DNA of 64,000 nucleotides from the human T2T-CHM13v2.0 reference genome, Homo sapiens. Within the stretch, counting starts at the first letter, position 1; the number at the start of each line of letters is the position of its first letter. A program made the position numbers and the translations under genes. The stretch lies in NCBI RefSeq assembly GCF_009914755.1, contig NC_060929.1; one strand, written 5' to 3'. Of this stretch, positions 29,070 through 42,968 are shown in pieces. The notes beneath the pieces are model-generated. The model was given only the letters and a program-made list of their open reading frames with translations, was not told where the DNA came from and ran no database searches.

Positions 29070-29560
29070 GTCAAGGATGGCTTTGAGCTTTCAGACTAAC
29101 ACAACTGGTTGGAAAGGTTAGTCACTGAGAAATGGAATAATAAAATCGGTCTGGGAATTAGGCAAGAAGATCATAAGTTCAGTTTTGGATATGTTGAATT
29201 TAATCTAATTTGGGGGGCTCTAAGATGACTTTTCAAATAAACAGTTAAATAGATGGGTACAAAGCTCAGAAAAAAAAAAGGTCAGAGCTGGAGAGCACTG
29301 CTGTGAGTTATCTGTACATGTATGTAATAATTGAAGCAGGGGTGCAGATGTGTGAACATCGGGCTGCATCTTAAAGAACTCCAATATTTAAAGATGAGAC
29401 AGAGAGAAAAGTCCTGTAAGGGACACTGGGAAGGAATGGCCAAAGAGATAGGTGGAAAATCAGGACTGAATGTTGGGTTTTGGAAGTCAAGAAGAAAGAT
29501 TATTTTAAGGATGAAGTCGTCATTGGGTTAACCACTCGCGAAAGATGCACTAAGAAGAAA
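29070..29560 (-). mobile_element. L2 fragment
   Basis: taagttcagttttggatatgttgaattt...tggaagtcaagaagaaag. Confidence 0.6.
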
Positions 29561-30304
29561 ACATGAAGAATGGATTCTTCTGTGCTAAATAGATAGAATT
29601 CATAAAGCTTCTCTTCCAGAGGATTTTGGTTTTACTTTACTAACTACCTAAATCTCATACTTATGAGAAGGCTAAGAAGCTTTTTAACCTCTTAGAAACA
29701 CCACGGAAGACCATAGGAGGCTTGGTATAATATATTCAGATTCAGAAGGATGCACAGTACTACTTTTCCCAAACATAGAAAATAGTACTTGTAGGTTATG
29801 ATTTTATCCGATTATTTACATTAAATTTTAAGGCACCCATAGTCATCATGCTGATTTCATTTTGAAAATGTAGATAAAGATAAGCCTGATATTTCTAAAA
29901 GTCCTAACAATTAGAGAAACAATTTGTAATAGTGTGGGTAGGAAAATGAAAGGGAGGGAGAAAGCTAAAGAATGATACAGGCAAATATATCATTAGAAAA
30001 CTCTAGATCATCCTCATTTGTTTTATTTGTTGTGAGGTATTGGGATGTATTGTAATAGTTTAACTTATTCCTGGTGCTCAATGCTTATGACACAGTGCTT
30101 TTTTAATAATGGAAAATAACATACAAACTTGAATCAGACAAACCAGAATTTATATGGAAAGCAATAAAAAATGCACATTTCATCTTCAAAAGAAATACTG
30201 GGTCGCTCTTTCCAACTAAATGAAAAATGATATTTGGAAAAAATTTTGATATCTTTCTTATTACATAGTGTATTTCCTGATCCTCTTCCTTCTTTTTCAC
30301 TTAT

Positions 30305-30679
30305 TTTTATACCATACTGGTATATGGCATTTTATACCATACTGGTATATGGCGTTTTATACCATACTGGTATATGGCGTTTTATACCATACTGGTATAT
30401 GGCGTTTTATACCATACTGGTATATGGCGTTTTATACCATACTGGTATATGGCGTTTTATACCATACTGGTATATGGCGTTTTATACCATACTGGTATAT
30501 GGCGTTTTATACCATACTGGTATATGGCGTTTTATACCATACTGGTATATGGCGTTTTATACCATACTGGTATATGGCGTTTTATACCATACTGGTATAT
30601 GGCGTTTTATACCATACTGGTATATGGCGTTTTATACCATACTGGTATATGGTGTTTTATACCATATTGGTATATGGTA
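30305..30679. repeat. Minisatellite/VNTR: 15 copies of 25-bp TTTTATACCATACTGGTATATGGCG
   Basis: Counted directly. Copies 2-13 are identical; copies 1, 14 and 15 vary. Confidence 0.98.
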
Positions 30680-33600
30680 TTTTACATATATTATGTAAAA
30701 CTTTCTGTAAAACATATATTATGTAAAACTTTATCTACTTTTTCGGCCAGGGACAGCCTCTCCTATGGAGTGAGGAGGAACAGGGCCAGGGAGCCACATT
30801 ATTCGAAAAGCTGCCTGACAGCAAGAATGAAGCTTGACACTCTATGATGGACACCTCATTTAGTCCTCATGGTAAACTCATGAATTTAGTCTTAGTCTAC
30901 CTCATCTTACGGATACAGACAGTGAGATTCTGAATGGAATTCCACTCCAGGAGGAACAGTAAGTGTTTTCACACCTCTGAGCTAGAGTTCATACACCTCA
31001 CTCTATATCACACTGTCCACACAGAGCTTTAAGGCTGCCTGGAAGAATGTTCTTTCACCTCAAATACCATCTTTACTTGGTTATGAAAGTCTGAGTTCTT
31101 CTGTATGGGGGATACATGTCCATTCTAAATTAGACTTAAAGAGGTAATGCATTTGGGTGAAAAGTCATGACATTGGATTGTTTCCTATAAGTAGGTTAAA
31201 ATAAGATAGATAAAATTTCACTGGGCATCTGGGAGGGACAGGACACGGAATAAGGAAAGAAAGGATCAAAAAGGACCTTGGAATACCAAAGACAATTTCC
31301 TCAAATATTGCCTTCAGCTGACACTGTAGAGGGCCGAGTCACTGTGTTGCTGATGGAACATTCTTTCCACCTGGAACAATTAGCAAGTTAGTACCAATAT
31401 TTTCCCCTCACACAGTGTCCAAAATAATTTTTCTCCATTTCTGAAGCTACAAGCTTAATCCAAGGCATAATGATTCCTGGGTAAGTTGCCTTCGATAAGA
31501 GTGCAAGTTACACAGATGGAACCATCCACAATCCTTTCATTAACTCTGAACTACATTGATTTTTCCAAAGTTATGATTAAAAAAAAAAAAGAGCAGAATA
31601 AGTTCATGGCCAGAGAATGTCAGTTCTAGCTAGTGTTTTTCCTCAGAATTTCCCAAATAAAACCTCCAAAAACAGTCACCCTCTACTCAGCAGAATTTGA
31701 TTTGGAAATTAACACCTGCCTCAGCGAAGAGTTTTAGTCCCATAGGAAAAAATATTAAAGAAGCAGCTGTAAATTGCACTTCTACAGTTCTCAGATGTGT
31801 GACTGCTTCTGAACTACAGTAGACTGCTCTTCCTTGTACATAGCATGGCAATTCCAAAAGTAGAACATGTCATCCTTCAAGTGACTTCACTGTAGTTTTA
31901 AAATACAGTCTCATCATGTAGGTCAGTAAAGCTACAAAGCTACGTATGTGATTCAGTGACCCATCTGCAATGCTCTCACATAGCCCTAGGCTTGTTCTAC
32001 TAATTATCCTGAACTCAGCACCTTACTTTTTTTATGCAGTTTTGCAGTCCCTAGAATGAGAGATAGAGCCTGGAGGGGCCCTGAGAACCTTCTAAACCAT
32101 TACAGGTGCTTGGGGAAGAGGCTGCTAGATGGCCGTTACCACATGTTGCTTCTCAATCTCTCTAAACGTTTCAACATTTGTTTTAAATACTTTGGTTTCA
32201 TTGAAAAACATTTAAAGTACTTCTCAAAGGTCATTAAATAGATCACTCAATTTTTTTATTTGAATGATTTTTTTCTTTTTCTGTCCTTCAGAGTTTAAGT
32301 TCTGCTTAATTGTAACTTCCCATAAATATCAAACAATAAAGGACTAAAAATAGGATAAGATATATTAATGTACTCATTAATTTAATAAATACGTGGTCAG
32401 AATCTGTCGTGTTCTGGACACTGTTCTAAATTTTTAGAAACTTACGTGTCATGAGAGATAATCCACATTCACAAATGGCTACAATATAAGGTGCTATATC
32501 AAGTTCAAAAAATGGGGTATGAAGGAGATACTTTACTATTTTAGAGAAGTGGCTGGGCTGATGACTAGACTATGCAAGAAAAGCAGAATGTCTATTGCTC
32601 ATTGGCAGGTTAGATCACTTTCTGTTCTCTTCTGTTGTTCCTCTGCACCTCAGGGCCTAGAAAACTAGGAGCTACATTTCCTGAATCCCTTGCTAGCAAG
32701 GTTTTAGGTTAGACTCTGCCAAAGACAGGAACTTACGTAAAATTCAGAAGCAAAAGAGACACAAAACCATATTAGCGTTCCTTTGACAGTAGCAAGCTGT
32801 GGGTGAGCTACACTATAGTTGAGGTTTTTTAGTGACTTTTGGCATTGTTTGAGAATTTTTTTGAGAACCTGTTTTCCCACTCCAGGCAGCAGTGAATTTC
32901 ACTGGCAATTTTCTGTGGGTCTTTGACCTTCCTGATTTTAAGAATGTTAATGGAAAACCTAAAAACTAACAATAGCTTTCCTGGACCTTTACTTCCTGCA
33001 GTCCTTTCAAGCATCTATACCCTTTTCTACCTAAAATTCCTACACATGGCATTTTAACTGAACTGAGAGCAGGAAGGAAAATATGGGAGTGGATGGCGGA
33101 GTAGACAGTGAGCAGGAGCAGAGTTGTCTAAAGATTGGCATGAGCACCAGTGCATCCTCTTATCATCTTTACCATCACTATCTTCATTGCCAGTATTTAT
33201 AGAGTGCTTACTTTGTGTCAGGTACTGTTCTGGGTACATATTAACTCATTTAATCCTTAAAACAATGATTTATAGGTGCTATTACTGTAAAAAAATGAGA
33301 AAATGGGTGCCAAGAGAGGCTAATTCAACTTGCCTAAGATCACAGAATGACCAAGCGATAAAACCAGAAGTCATCATGTTTAGACAAGAAAGGGCACCCC
33401 TAAAACTACTGAAGACATGGCCAGAGAAATTGAGCCAAAACGTTGTGGGTGCTCTTAAATATTGTGAGTGACTAATTTTCTTAAAACTTTTCATTTAAAA
33501 TACGTACACACTTAGAGGAAGTTGCCAAAAAAGAAAAAAACTGCAGAGAAGTGTACCCTTCTCCCAGCTTCCCCCAATGGTAACATCTCACATAATTGTA

Positions 33601-34308
33601 GCACAATACCAAACACAGGACATTGACCTTGGCACATTCCTATGAACTAGGCAACAGATCTTATTCAGATTTCATCAGTTTTTACATTCACTCTTGTGTG
33701 GGGGCTAGGGGGAATGTGATCAAATAAATTCCTGTATTTAAACCCAGAAATTTAACTCCATGATGTTAGTATGTCCTAACAGATTTTCAAGCAGACAGAG
33801 GTTTGCTTGATATAAACTCAGTATGAGTTAATAATATAACATAATCATTGAAAATGTTCTTAGGCAGGCTTAATATTAATATGTACTCAGTGCTCAGAAC
33901 TTCAGGGATAACAGTGTCATTATGGTACGCATTGCTTAGATCCCAGCTCGAGAACTGTGCTCATCTGAACCAAAATAAACAAGACAAAGACCCCCAGAGA
34001 AAGGCAGCTAGATGTTGAAGGGTGATAACCAAGAGTCTGAAGTCCCTGCCGTACCAAGGAGGATTGAGAGAGCAGGCAATGTTAATCTCTAAGAAGAGAT
34101 GATGTAGGCAGACATGATGTCAAGCTGCCTATCCAACCCTATGTCTTACAATTACATATCACGTTTAGTTAAGCCAAGCACCTACCAAATCATGAACATC
34201 TATACCTTCCTTACATACAAAGCCCTATTTTCAGAAATTCTTCCATGATTTTTATTAATCCTTTCTTGAATATATACAGCATTTACCAAATGACCAAATA
34301 ATTTAGCC

Positions 34309-34494
34309 TAGTCATTTTCAAAGAGTGATCTAGGATCAGCAGACTTAGCAACACCCGGAAATTTGTTAGAAATGTAAAATCTTGAGCCCCAACTCAGACT
34401 TACTGAACCTGAAACTCTAAGGGTGTGGCCCAGAAATCTGTATTGTAACAAGCCATTGGGTTAGCTGATGTATGCTAAGTTTCTAGATCTACTG
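34309..34494. mobile_element. MER5A (hAT-Charlie)
   Basis: aatttgttagaaatgtaaaatcttgagcccc...actgaacctgaaactct...gtggcccagaaatctgt. Confidence 0.75.
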
Positions 34495-35049
34495 GTGTAG
34501 CTCTAAACCACTTGGGATATTGTTATTTTGTATATGAATATCATCTCCCTACAACTGCTGTTCTGTGACATCTATACATACTCTCACCTGACCAATTATG
34601 ATAAGATTATGGCCAAGGAAACCTATCGTTCTCTTACCATGTAGCTCCTTTAGCTGGCTTCCCTATCAAAGCTCATGTCAGAGAGCACTGGACTGTGTCT
34701 TTTCAACCTAGTCTATCCTCTGCTTTCTAAGAACACTGTGGCTGAATGCTTCCGTCAGAAGTTAACAATCTTGTTTCCATATAATCAAGAAGTATTTATT
34801 AAGTAACTGTTTCTAAGTGGCAAAAGACATGGCCCCTGCTCTTAAAGAATTATTTTTAGAGACATCAGGGGGCATCTGAGATTAGTTCAAGGAAAAATTC
34901 TCCTGCCTCCCTTCCTCTCTCTACCTCCCTAAATCTACAGGCCATAAGCAGTGAGGGTCAGGCACTCAGGAGTGGGTGATACTTTTGTGTATGATTCCAT
35001 GTTTCCTGAAGGGGTTTCTAGCCTTCTTCCCTGGCTAACAAGGCAAGAG

Positions 35050-35225
35050 CAGTGGTTCTTAATCTTTTGTGTGCCTGAGCATCACCTGGGAATGTGTTAA
35101 ATTTGTACCTGGGTCACTGTACAGAAATTCTGATTTAGTATGTCTGTGATGAAGCTGGGAAATCTACAATTTCAGCAAGTACCCAGGGTGACTCTGATAT
35201 AGGTCTGCAAATGACACTTAAACAG
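35050..35225. mobile_element. MER5 family fragment
   Basis: cagtggttcttaatc...atcacctggg...aattctgatttagta...cccagggtgactctgat. Confidence 0.65.
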
Positions 35226-35268
35226 ATTGCAAGCAGAACAGCAACACTTAGAATATTTAACACAGCCT

Positions 35269-35645
<377 letters not shown>

Positions 35646-38097
35646 TTACCAGCCAGTCTTCAGCATTAGTGATGTAGTGTCGCTACATTAGTGAGAGTGC
35701 ACGGCCTGCATCATAACATGTATGAACCCATATGCCTTAAATACTATTTATTCAGCAAATCCGATTGCACACATTATGGTTCTGTACCATATGTATGTTC
35801 TCCCAGTAACCCCAGGTCCTGTACCAGGTGCTGGGGTTACTGGGAGAACAAAGAGACAACACTTTCTCCATTCAGAGAAACAGAGAGAATTATTAACTTT
35901 GCCAATATCAGGGAGGTATTACAAAAGGAATACTGCAATCTGAAGAAACAAAGAATAGAATTAGCCTAGTGGCCAGGGTTGAGGGGCAATGGAGTGGAAA
36001 GGGCTGACAAGGGATCATACTTCATTTACTTAAATGACTATCTCCCTCTAAGTGGGGACAATTTTTGAGATATGCAGAAAATCACATCATTATTGGTCTC
36101 TTCTTTTGGAAACAGTCTGAAGCAATGTAAAGTCCTCTCAAATCAATGGCTAAATGAAATGTTTCAAGTTTTTGTAAAACATACAGCCATGTAACAAACA
36201 TACATTTGTTAAAAAATAAAGATTATGTATAGAAATAAAACTGGAGAATTTAGCATAGTTTTGATCTCTGGGATTTACGATTACTGGTGATTTCTAAGTT
36301 TTTTGATACTTGTCTGTATTTTTCAAATTATAATAAATACGCATTTTTGTAATCAGATAAAAAATAGTATTAGAAACAAAGCTAAGGCAGATTCTACAAG
36401 GAAAGTCGAAAGCATTCATAAAAGTCAAGTACAGAAAAATGTATTGAGCCAAAATGCATTTATTAAGCATCTCCTACGTAGATGCTAAAATTCCTAGAAC
36501 TGTAAACTGTAGATCTTCTAGTTATTAGTTTTGTGGTGTTGGATAAATTACTATATCTCTGTGCATCCATTTCTTCACCTGCAAAGTGGCTCAACTGCAT
36601 CTATTTGGTTATTGTGACAATTAAATGAAAGAATGCTTGGTAAGTAATTAGAACAGAACTTTGAATAGAAGCTGATAAGCCTTCAGTAAATGTTAGCTGT
36701 AACTATTATTGCTGTTTTATAAATAATTATTGTGTCATCCCATCGGGGAGTCACCAGGCTCTTCTAGAATATGATTTGAGATCAGGAGCTCTTCACTTTC
36801 TATGACAGTTTTTTTAGACTATTAAACAAGTCACTTATTGACAAGCTCTGCCCTATGCTGAGATGAAATATGCTTCCTTTGAGTTTCCATTGGACACTCT
36901 TCCTTCCATTACAGCACAATATTGCAAACTACTACCACTTCTTCTCTCAGGCTTCTCCTCTGCTTGGTAAATAGCTCCTCAAATGGAAAACAGCAAGAGC
37001 AGTAACACTTGCCTTACACTTTATAAAGCTCTATCACATATATTATGTCACTTGAGCCTCTCAGTACATAGGGTAAATATTACCACCATCATCATTTTAT
37101 AGGTCAACAAATTTAGGCTTGAAAAGGTAATTGACTGATGAAATAGCACCTCTAGAAGGTGGTGGTGCTGAGAATTAAACACAGGATGTCTAGTCCGAGT
37201 CTCTTTCTTCTATACCACTTCTATTTAAAGTGCCTGCCTTAAGTGCAATACTGCAGTTGCACACTGAAGGAATCTCCTATGTCTTCAGTTGCATTATTTT
37301 ATTGCTGTAACTTAAGTTTATTATTAGTCAGAATTCAACCACGAAAAAAAAAAATCACTCTACAACTTTCAAACGTGGGAACCATACAAGGAATCTGGTT
37401 ACGTATGGGATGAAAGAGTTAAGAAGCCAAACAGGAGACGCAAAGACCATCAAGAGATTAGCAAAAGCAGGAACTCATTACCATCCCTAGGACACAGAAG
37501 TTGAGTCCAGGAACCAGGGCTACACAATGGAAGCTGTAAATTAAGACCTAGCATGGACTTCCTGTGAGAATGATGGCCACAAGAAACAGATGTAGGGATT
37601 AGACATGCTCTTGCTCCTCCTCCCCTCCCGCGCTCCAGTCCTCAGTCAGTTCTGGCATTGGCTGAACATAACTGGAAGCAAGAGTCCAAAGGAACTTAGG
37701 AAACATGGTTCCTGAATTACAGAGCACAGGCACGGGAGAGTGACAAGTGGATCTGAGAACAACCTGACTCTATTGGAGGCACAATTTCTTGATGACCACA
37801 TCATACTTCTAATTTATATTAAGTTCATTGTTAAGTTAGACCCAGGCCGTTTTTCATGTGAACTCTTAACAAACAGGTTCTTTTATTTTTTTTGTATTTG
37901 CCGATTAACTTTTTGAATGCAAGTAAGGGCTTTACTTTATCTTGTTTGATTTCATCATTTGACTTTTGGTCAGCCTTTAAAATGTTGTAAGCCTTTCGCT
38001 TTCCATACTTGGATAACCTAGAAATTAATCAACATAATGTGTACACTTATATTCAAGTTATTATTAAATATTTCGAACAGGAAAAGTCAGTAAATAT

Positions 38098-38270
38098 AGA
38101 GTGGCTAGGGTGAGATGGATGAGGTACTCACCTCAGAAGCAAAATGTAAGGAGGTGCCAAAAAACTCAATAATCAGGATGAATATTTCAATGCAATTTTA
38201 AAAAAATCAAAATTAATATGAAATTTCATGATGAACACAATATTAAAATTACAAATAAAGACAGGACCCA
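38098..38270 (+). mobile_element. MER96B-like hAT fragment
   Basis: gctagggtgag...gcaaaatgtaaggaggtgccaaaaaactcaataatca...aaataaagacaggac. Confidence 0.55.
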
Positions 38271-41200
38271 CAAGTGATGAATATTTATCAATTTTTAGGC
38301 CAGCTGCAAATTCTTCACTTTATACCCCCATTTACCCCATACTTTCCATTGATTACTGAAGAATATTATTTTCAAAACTTTGTCAAATCAAATATCTTTC
38401 AAATATTTTGATACATTTTGTTCTAGAATCTAGAACTCCAATTGATAAACAGTGTAGAGATAGAAAACAAACTCAGCATCAGATTTGAAGCTTGTATAAA
38501 TTGGGGGAATGTGTTTAAGAAAAATAATTCAAAGTTTCTGTGAACTATATATATATAACCATTTTATAATAAACATATGCCCAAATCAACATCCTTTGCC
38601 AGATCCCCCAACTGTGGCCACTCCAATCCTGCCTGACAAGATGGAAAAGATAACACAGGCAAAGTAGAGGTGGAAAGAGTGTCCTTAAATGATTATGTTT
38701 AAAGTATTTTGCTAACTTTATAAAACGTGCACTCACATGACCACATTATGCTACTACCAAGGCTGTGGAAAGGGCCCTTACTAGTGAAGCTTAACTAATT
38801 TCAACTCTGAATTTAGACTAACCTTCAAGTACAATTTCACTCAGGTAAAATAAATCCCAGCAGCACCTTCCATTGTGCATGATCACACAGATCTGATTTC
38901 TCCCTGTATCAAATCACACCTTCTGAACCAAATTCCTTGCCTACACACGAATAGATTGGAGCCAATGGTTTTGAAGGTGTTTTAATTTTAACATTCTGCT
39001 CCACTTTGTAAAATAAGAGCTGGCTATTTCAGTGATAGTATAGAAGAAAAGTGAGAGTCAATTTTCCCAATATAGGTTTTATAAAAGGAAGTCTGAATAT
39101 AAAGCATCTTTCTATTGCAAAATGTTTCATTTACAAAAATATTGTCTCAATTAACAAGAAGAGATAGATTCACAGTCAATTTTTACTAAAAGAGACAAAT
39201 ATCTTGGTGTAGTTTACCATTACAAATGAGAAAAGTAACTGAGCATTAAATTTCCAAAATGTGGCCTCACCATTAGCATTTACTCAAGGAGAACATGTCT
39301 AAAAATAAGCTCAAGTCTCTGGATAAGATTGGGGATTTTAAAGAAACTATTAAAAAATGCTAATATGAATGCTGTAAATCAAACCCATAAATGTCTTAAG
39401 TTTAATAGTTTTAAATTAATTGTCTTCTAAAATAGGAACATTACTTTTTAAGCAAGTTGAACACAAAGAATGGCAAAATCCTTCACAATGAACATCGCAG
39501 TCAATGTGTTAGAAGGTATGATAAGTGATAAGAAGATCTGAACAAAATGATTTATATGTATGAAAGAGAAATTTTTGGCCTTTAATCTTGGAAATGGTAA
39601 ATACCCATTTTAGAACAAGAGATACAGTCTGACTCAGAGAATCTGAGTACATTTTCTTATCACTCTGTTAAAACCACCCACAAACAAGAGACAGCTTTTC
39701 TTTGCTCAAATCATAATAGCTTCTCTTTAAACTTGTGAAACTGACAGTTGACTCTAATAAAATACAATCAGTATAATTTCCCACTGCTTAATATGAAAAC
39801 ATGAAATCTGATTGATTAATTCACTGATGATTTTTGAACCTCAAAATTTAAAAGACAATTGAACTATTAAGACAATAATTTAGGAGCATGTATTTGGCAT
39901 CTACAATCCATGCTAAAAAAAATGTAAAATGTACATCATTCTATAAAGAGTACAGTGTTATTTTGACAAGGACCAGATTTTTCAGTATCATATAAAGAAT
40001 ATTTTTACTTGTTTTTCTTTCTAATAAATGTTAACTATTATCTTGATAAAATTTATAATTCTTCATTTGTTCATATTATGTTTATCATTCAATCTTCTTA
40101 GTTGTTTTCAAGAACATCTCAAAACCTTATCAGATTGGGTATGAACAATTTGATTTCATTCTTTTGCTATAGAATTATATCTTTCAATGGTAAATATCAG
40201 TGGTTTTTACTTAGCTCATGACATCCTATCTTAAATTCCTATAACTGCTATTGTAACAAAAAATGGGAAGAATTTACAATATAAGTTTTGATATTAGCAA
40301 ATAACATCTAACGGTTTCAACTTGCCCAAATGGAGGAAAAATAGACATTGTACAAATGTACGTGTAGCAATCTGATTCCACATGATCTTGTTTATGCAAA
40401 AGAGGTCAAGAAAAATCTGTAACAACCCACTCAGTTCAGTATTCACAATGTAATGATGAACTAGTTTATGTCTGTAGGATATCCAGTTACTTGTGGATAG
40501 AAACATAAATTTATATTAGCATATTCATCATTATACTTTGAAATAAGTTTTGGCACTCATTACTCATGAATAAAAGAATATTGATGCAATAAAATCCTCT
40601 GAGGCAATTATCATAACACAAAGGTTTGTTTGTTCAACCAAAACCTTCCACCAGTAAGGCACATTTTGGAAACTAAACTTAATGCTTCAAAGTACCTATT
40701 TGAAAAGAAGATGAAATTTAATTTTGAAGCTTAGTGGTTCTTAAATTTTTATTTCATGAATTTCTCCTTGAGACGATATTGCATTTATAATTCAGAAGAT
40801 AAAAAATACTCTGGTTTGTAATATACAAATAGAAATGTCTAGATTTTCATTCTGACCACAATTCATATATCTTCAGTATACATGAAAAAGGATCATATTT
40901 CAAGCCTGTCATAAGCATAAGGTAATTTCCATCTTCTATAATATTAATTAGTTTACTGAAAATGCTTATTTGGGGGGATAAGACAGGGTTGTCAATGCTC
41001 AGTGTTGTCCCTATCATACAGCATCATTATTTACAGAGCATTTTGGATTTTGAAATATTTTGTTAAATTTTACTAGTCATTTCTTATTATATTCTTCACA
41101 GTTGTATCATTACACTCATTAGATATATAAAGAAAATTTTAAACAGAAGTATTAAGGCTATAGTTTAATCTGTGCCAAAAGTACTCATTTCATTCTGTCA

Positions 41201-42236
41201 GTGCAGCTCATCTGGTCATGCAGGAAAAAAAAATAGCTGCTTAATCAAGACATTTGGCACTATGTGGACAATAAAGAAAACCAAACAGAAAGTAAATATA
41301 CCTGTTTATAGAAATCACCTAAATTAACTGACTATGATTACAATATGTAAGTTGTTACAACAGTGTTTCAGACACAGCTCCTGCCCAGCATATGAATTAA
41401 CTCATGGGGAAAAGTTAGCTTTCTGAAGGCTACTTTTTTCTCCCTAAAGATATAAGCAATAATTTTCATTATGTGCATACAAAAAAACTCTACGAAAGGA
41501 GTTTTTACTATGTTCATTTGAAGTTTGTTTATCTTAACTTTTTCACATTAAGAATTAGATTTCCCTCGACTGTAAATATTTTGAAGAAAAATGATAGCTA
41601 ATATTTATGGAGCCACTCTCATGGGTTATTATATTTAATCCTCAGAGAGTTCATAGTCTTATGACATGGATTTTTATCTCTTATTTCTAAGGGTGATGAT
41701 AAGGGCCAGAGAGAGACTTGCTCAAAGTCAAAATACTAGTTAGGACATATCTGGGTCTCAGACTCTGTGGTCTGACCTTAGAATGTGCATACTTTAACAG
41801 AGTTCAGCATGATATCTGTCACCAGATTTGCCCCAACTCTGACCTGATAGACTCATGACTTGGTATCAGGTAGAGAAGATGCTATGAGTAAAACTTGAAA
41901 TAGTTGTTTTCACTAAAATCTCGTAAAACAGCAGTACTTTGATATTCACATGACTCCATGCCATGCGAAATGAAGATGAGTGGTCCTTCCTCCCCCTTCT
42001 GTTTACAATGAACCCTTTGCACCATGTATTCAGCCACTGAAGTTTCTGGAATATATACTCTCAATTTGGCATCTGGAAAATTTTGATACAAGAGCAGGAT
42101 ATTGCTTGATGGCACCTAGGAGCAGTAGTACTGAGTGGATGGGCATTATGGAAGCCTGGGCATTTCTTCTAGAGGCTGGAAGAGCAGAAGAAGCAAAGTG
42201 GTTTCTAGCTAAAGAAACTAGATGCAAACCCATTCC

Positions 42237-42371
42237 TGCAAGCCCCTTTTATAACACTATTAATCCATTCACGAAGGTGGAGCCATAATGACACATCTTT
42301 CGAAAAGTCCTACCTTTCAACATCACTGTTGTGGGTATCAAGTTTCCAATGCGTGAATTCTGAAGGACATA
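42237..42371 (-). repeat. 135-bp inverted copy of the 5' part of the adjacent MaLR LTR (42596-42730)
   Basis: Ungapped reverse-complement match, ~117/135 identical. Confidence 0.88.
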
Positions 42372-42581
42372 TGCCAGAGAGATATCCCTGCAGACTTCAA
42401 AAATAAGTGGAGAGAAGCATTTTACTGGAAGATAAAGGTTCTGCAATAACAAGTATCGGTGAAAACCCAGAAAACCAACATCATAACGGTTTATCTCATT
42501 CTAATTTTACCTTTTCCTCCCTCTCTCAAGACTGGAGCAACATAAGAAAACACAAACTACACAAAAAGTGGCTTTTGTCTC

Positions 42582-42960
42582 TACAATGGTGTGAGTATGT
42601 CTCCCAGAAGTCATGTGTTGGAAACCTGATACCCAGAACAGTGATGTTGAGAGATAGGACTTTTCGAAAGATGTGTCATAATGGGTCCACCTTTGTGAAC
42701 AGATTAATGGTGTTATAAAAAGGGCTTGCAAGAGTGAGTTCACTCTGTCATGCCCTTCTACCATGTGAGGACACAGGATTCCTATGCTCCAGAGAACAGA
42801 GGACTGAGCATTTAAGGCACCATCTGGAAACAGGGAATAGCCTTTACCAGACACCAGTGACTTGATTGATCTTGGACTTCCCATCCTCCAAAACCGTGAG
42901 AAATAAATTTCTGTTTTTAAATAAATTACCCAATATGTGGTATTCTCTAATACACACAAA
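42582..42960 (+). mobile_element. MST/MLT1A-type MaLR solo LTR
   Basis: tcatgtgttggaaac...ccatgtgaggacac...gatcttggacttcccatcctccaaaaccgtgagaaataaatttctg. Confidence 0.85.
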
Positions 42961-42968
42961 ATATTTGT

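Noticed and set aside
30305-30679. CRISPR-like palindromic repeat array
   Set aside because: Units are head-to-tail with no unique spacers, there are no cas genes, and the DNA is primate.
30234-30847. Three overlapping ~155-aa ORFs with a repeating YHTGIWRFIPYWYMAFYTILVYGVL peptide
   Set aside because: Arithmetic artefact. A stop-free 25-bp unit gives the same 25-aa cycle in all three frames, and there is no promoter or splice evidence.
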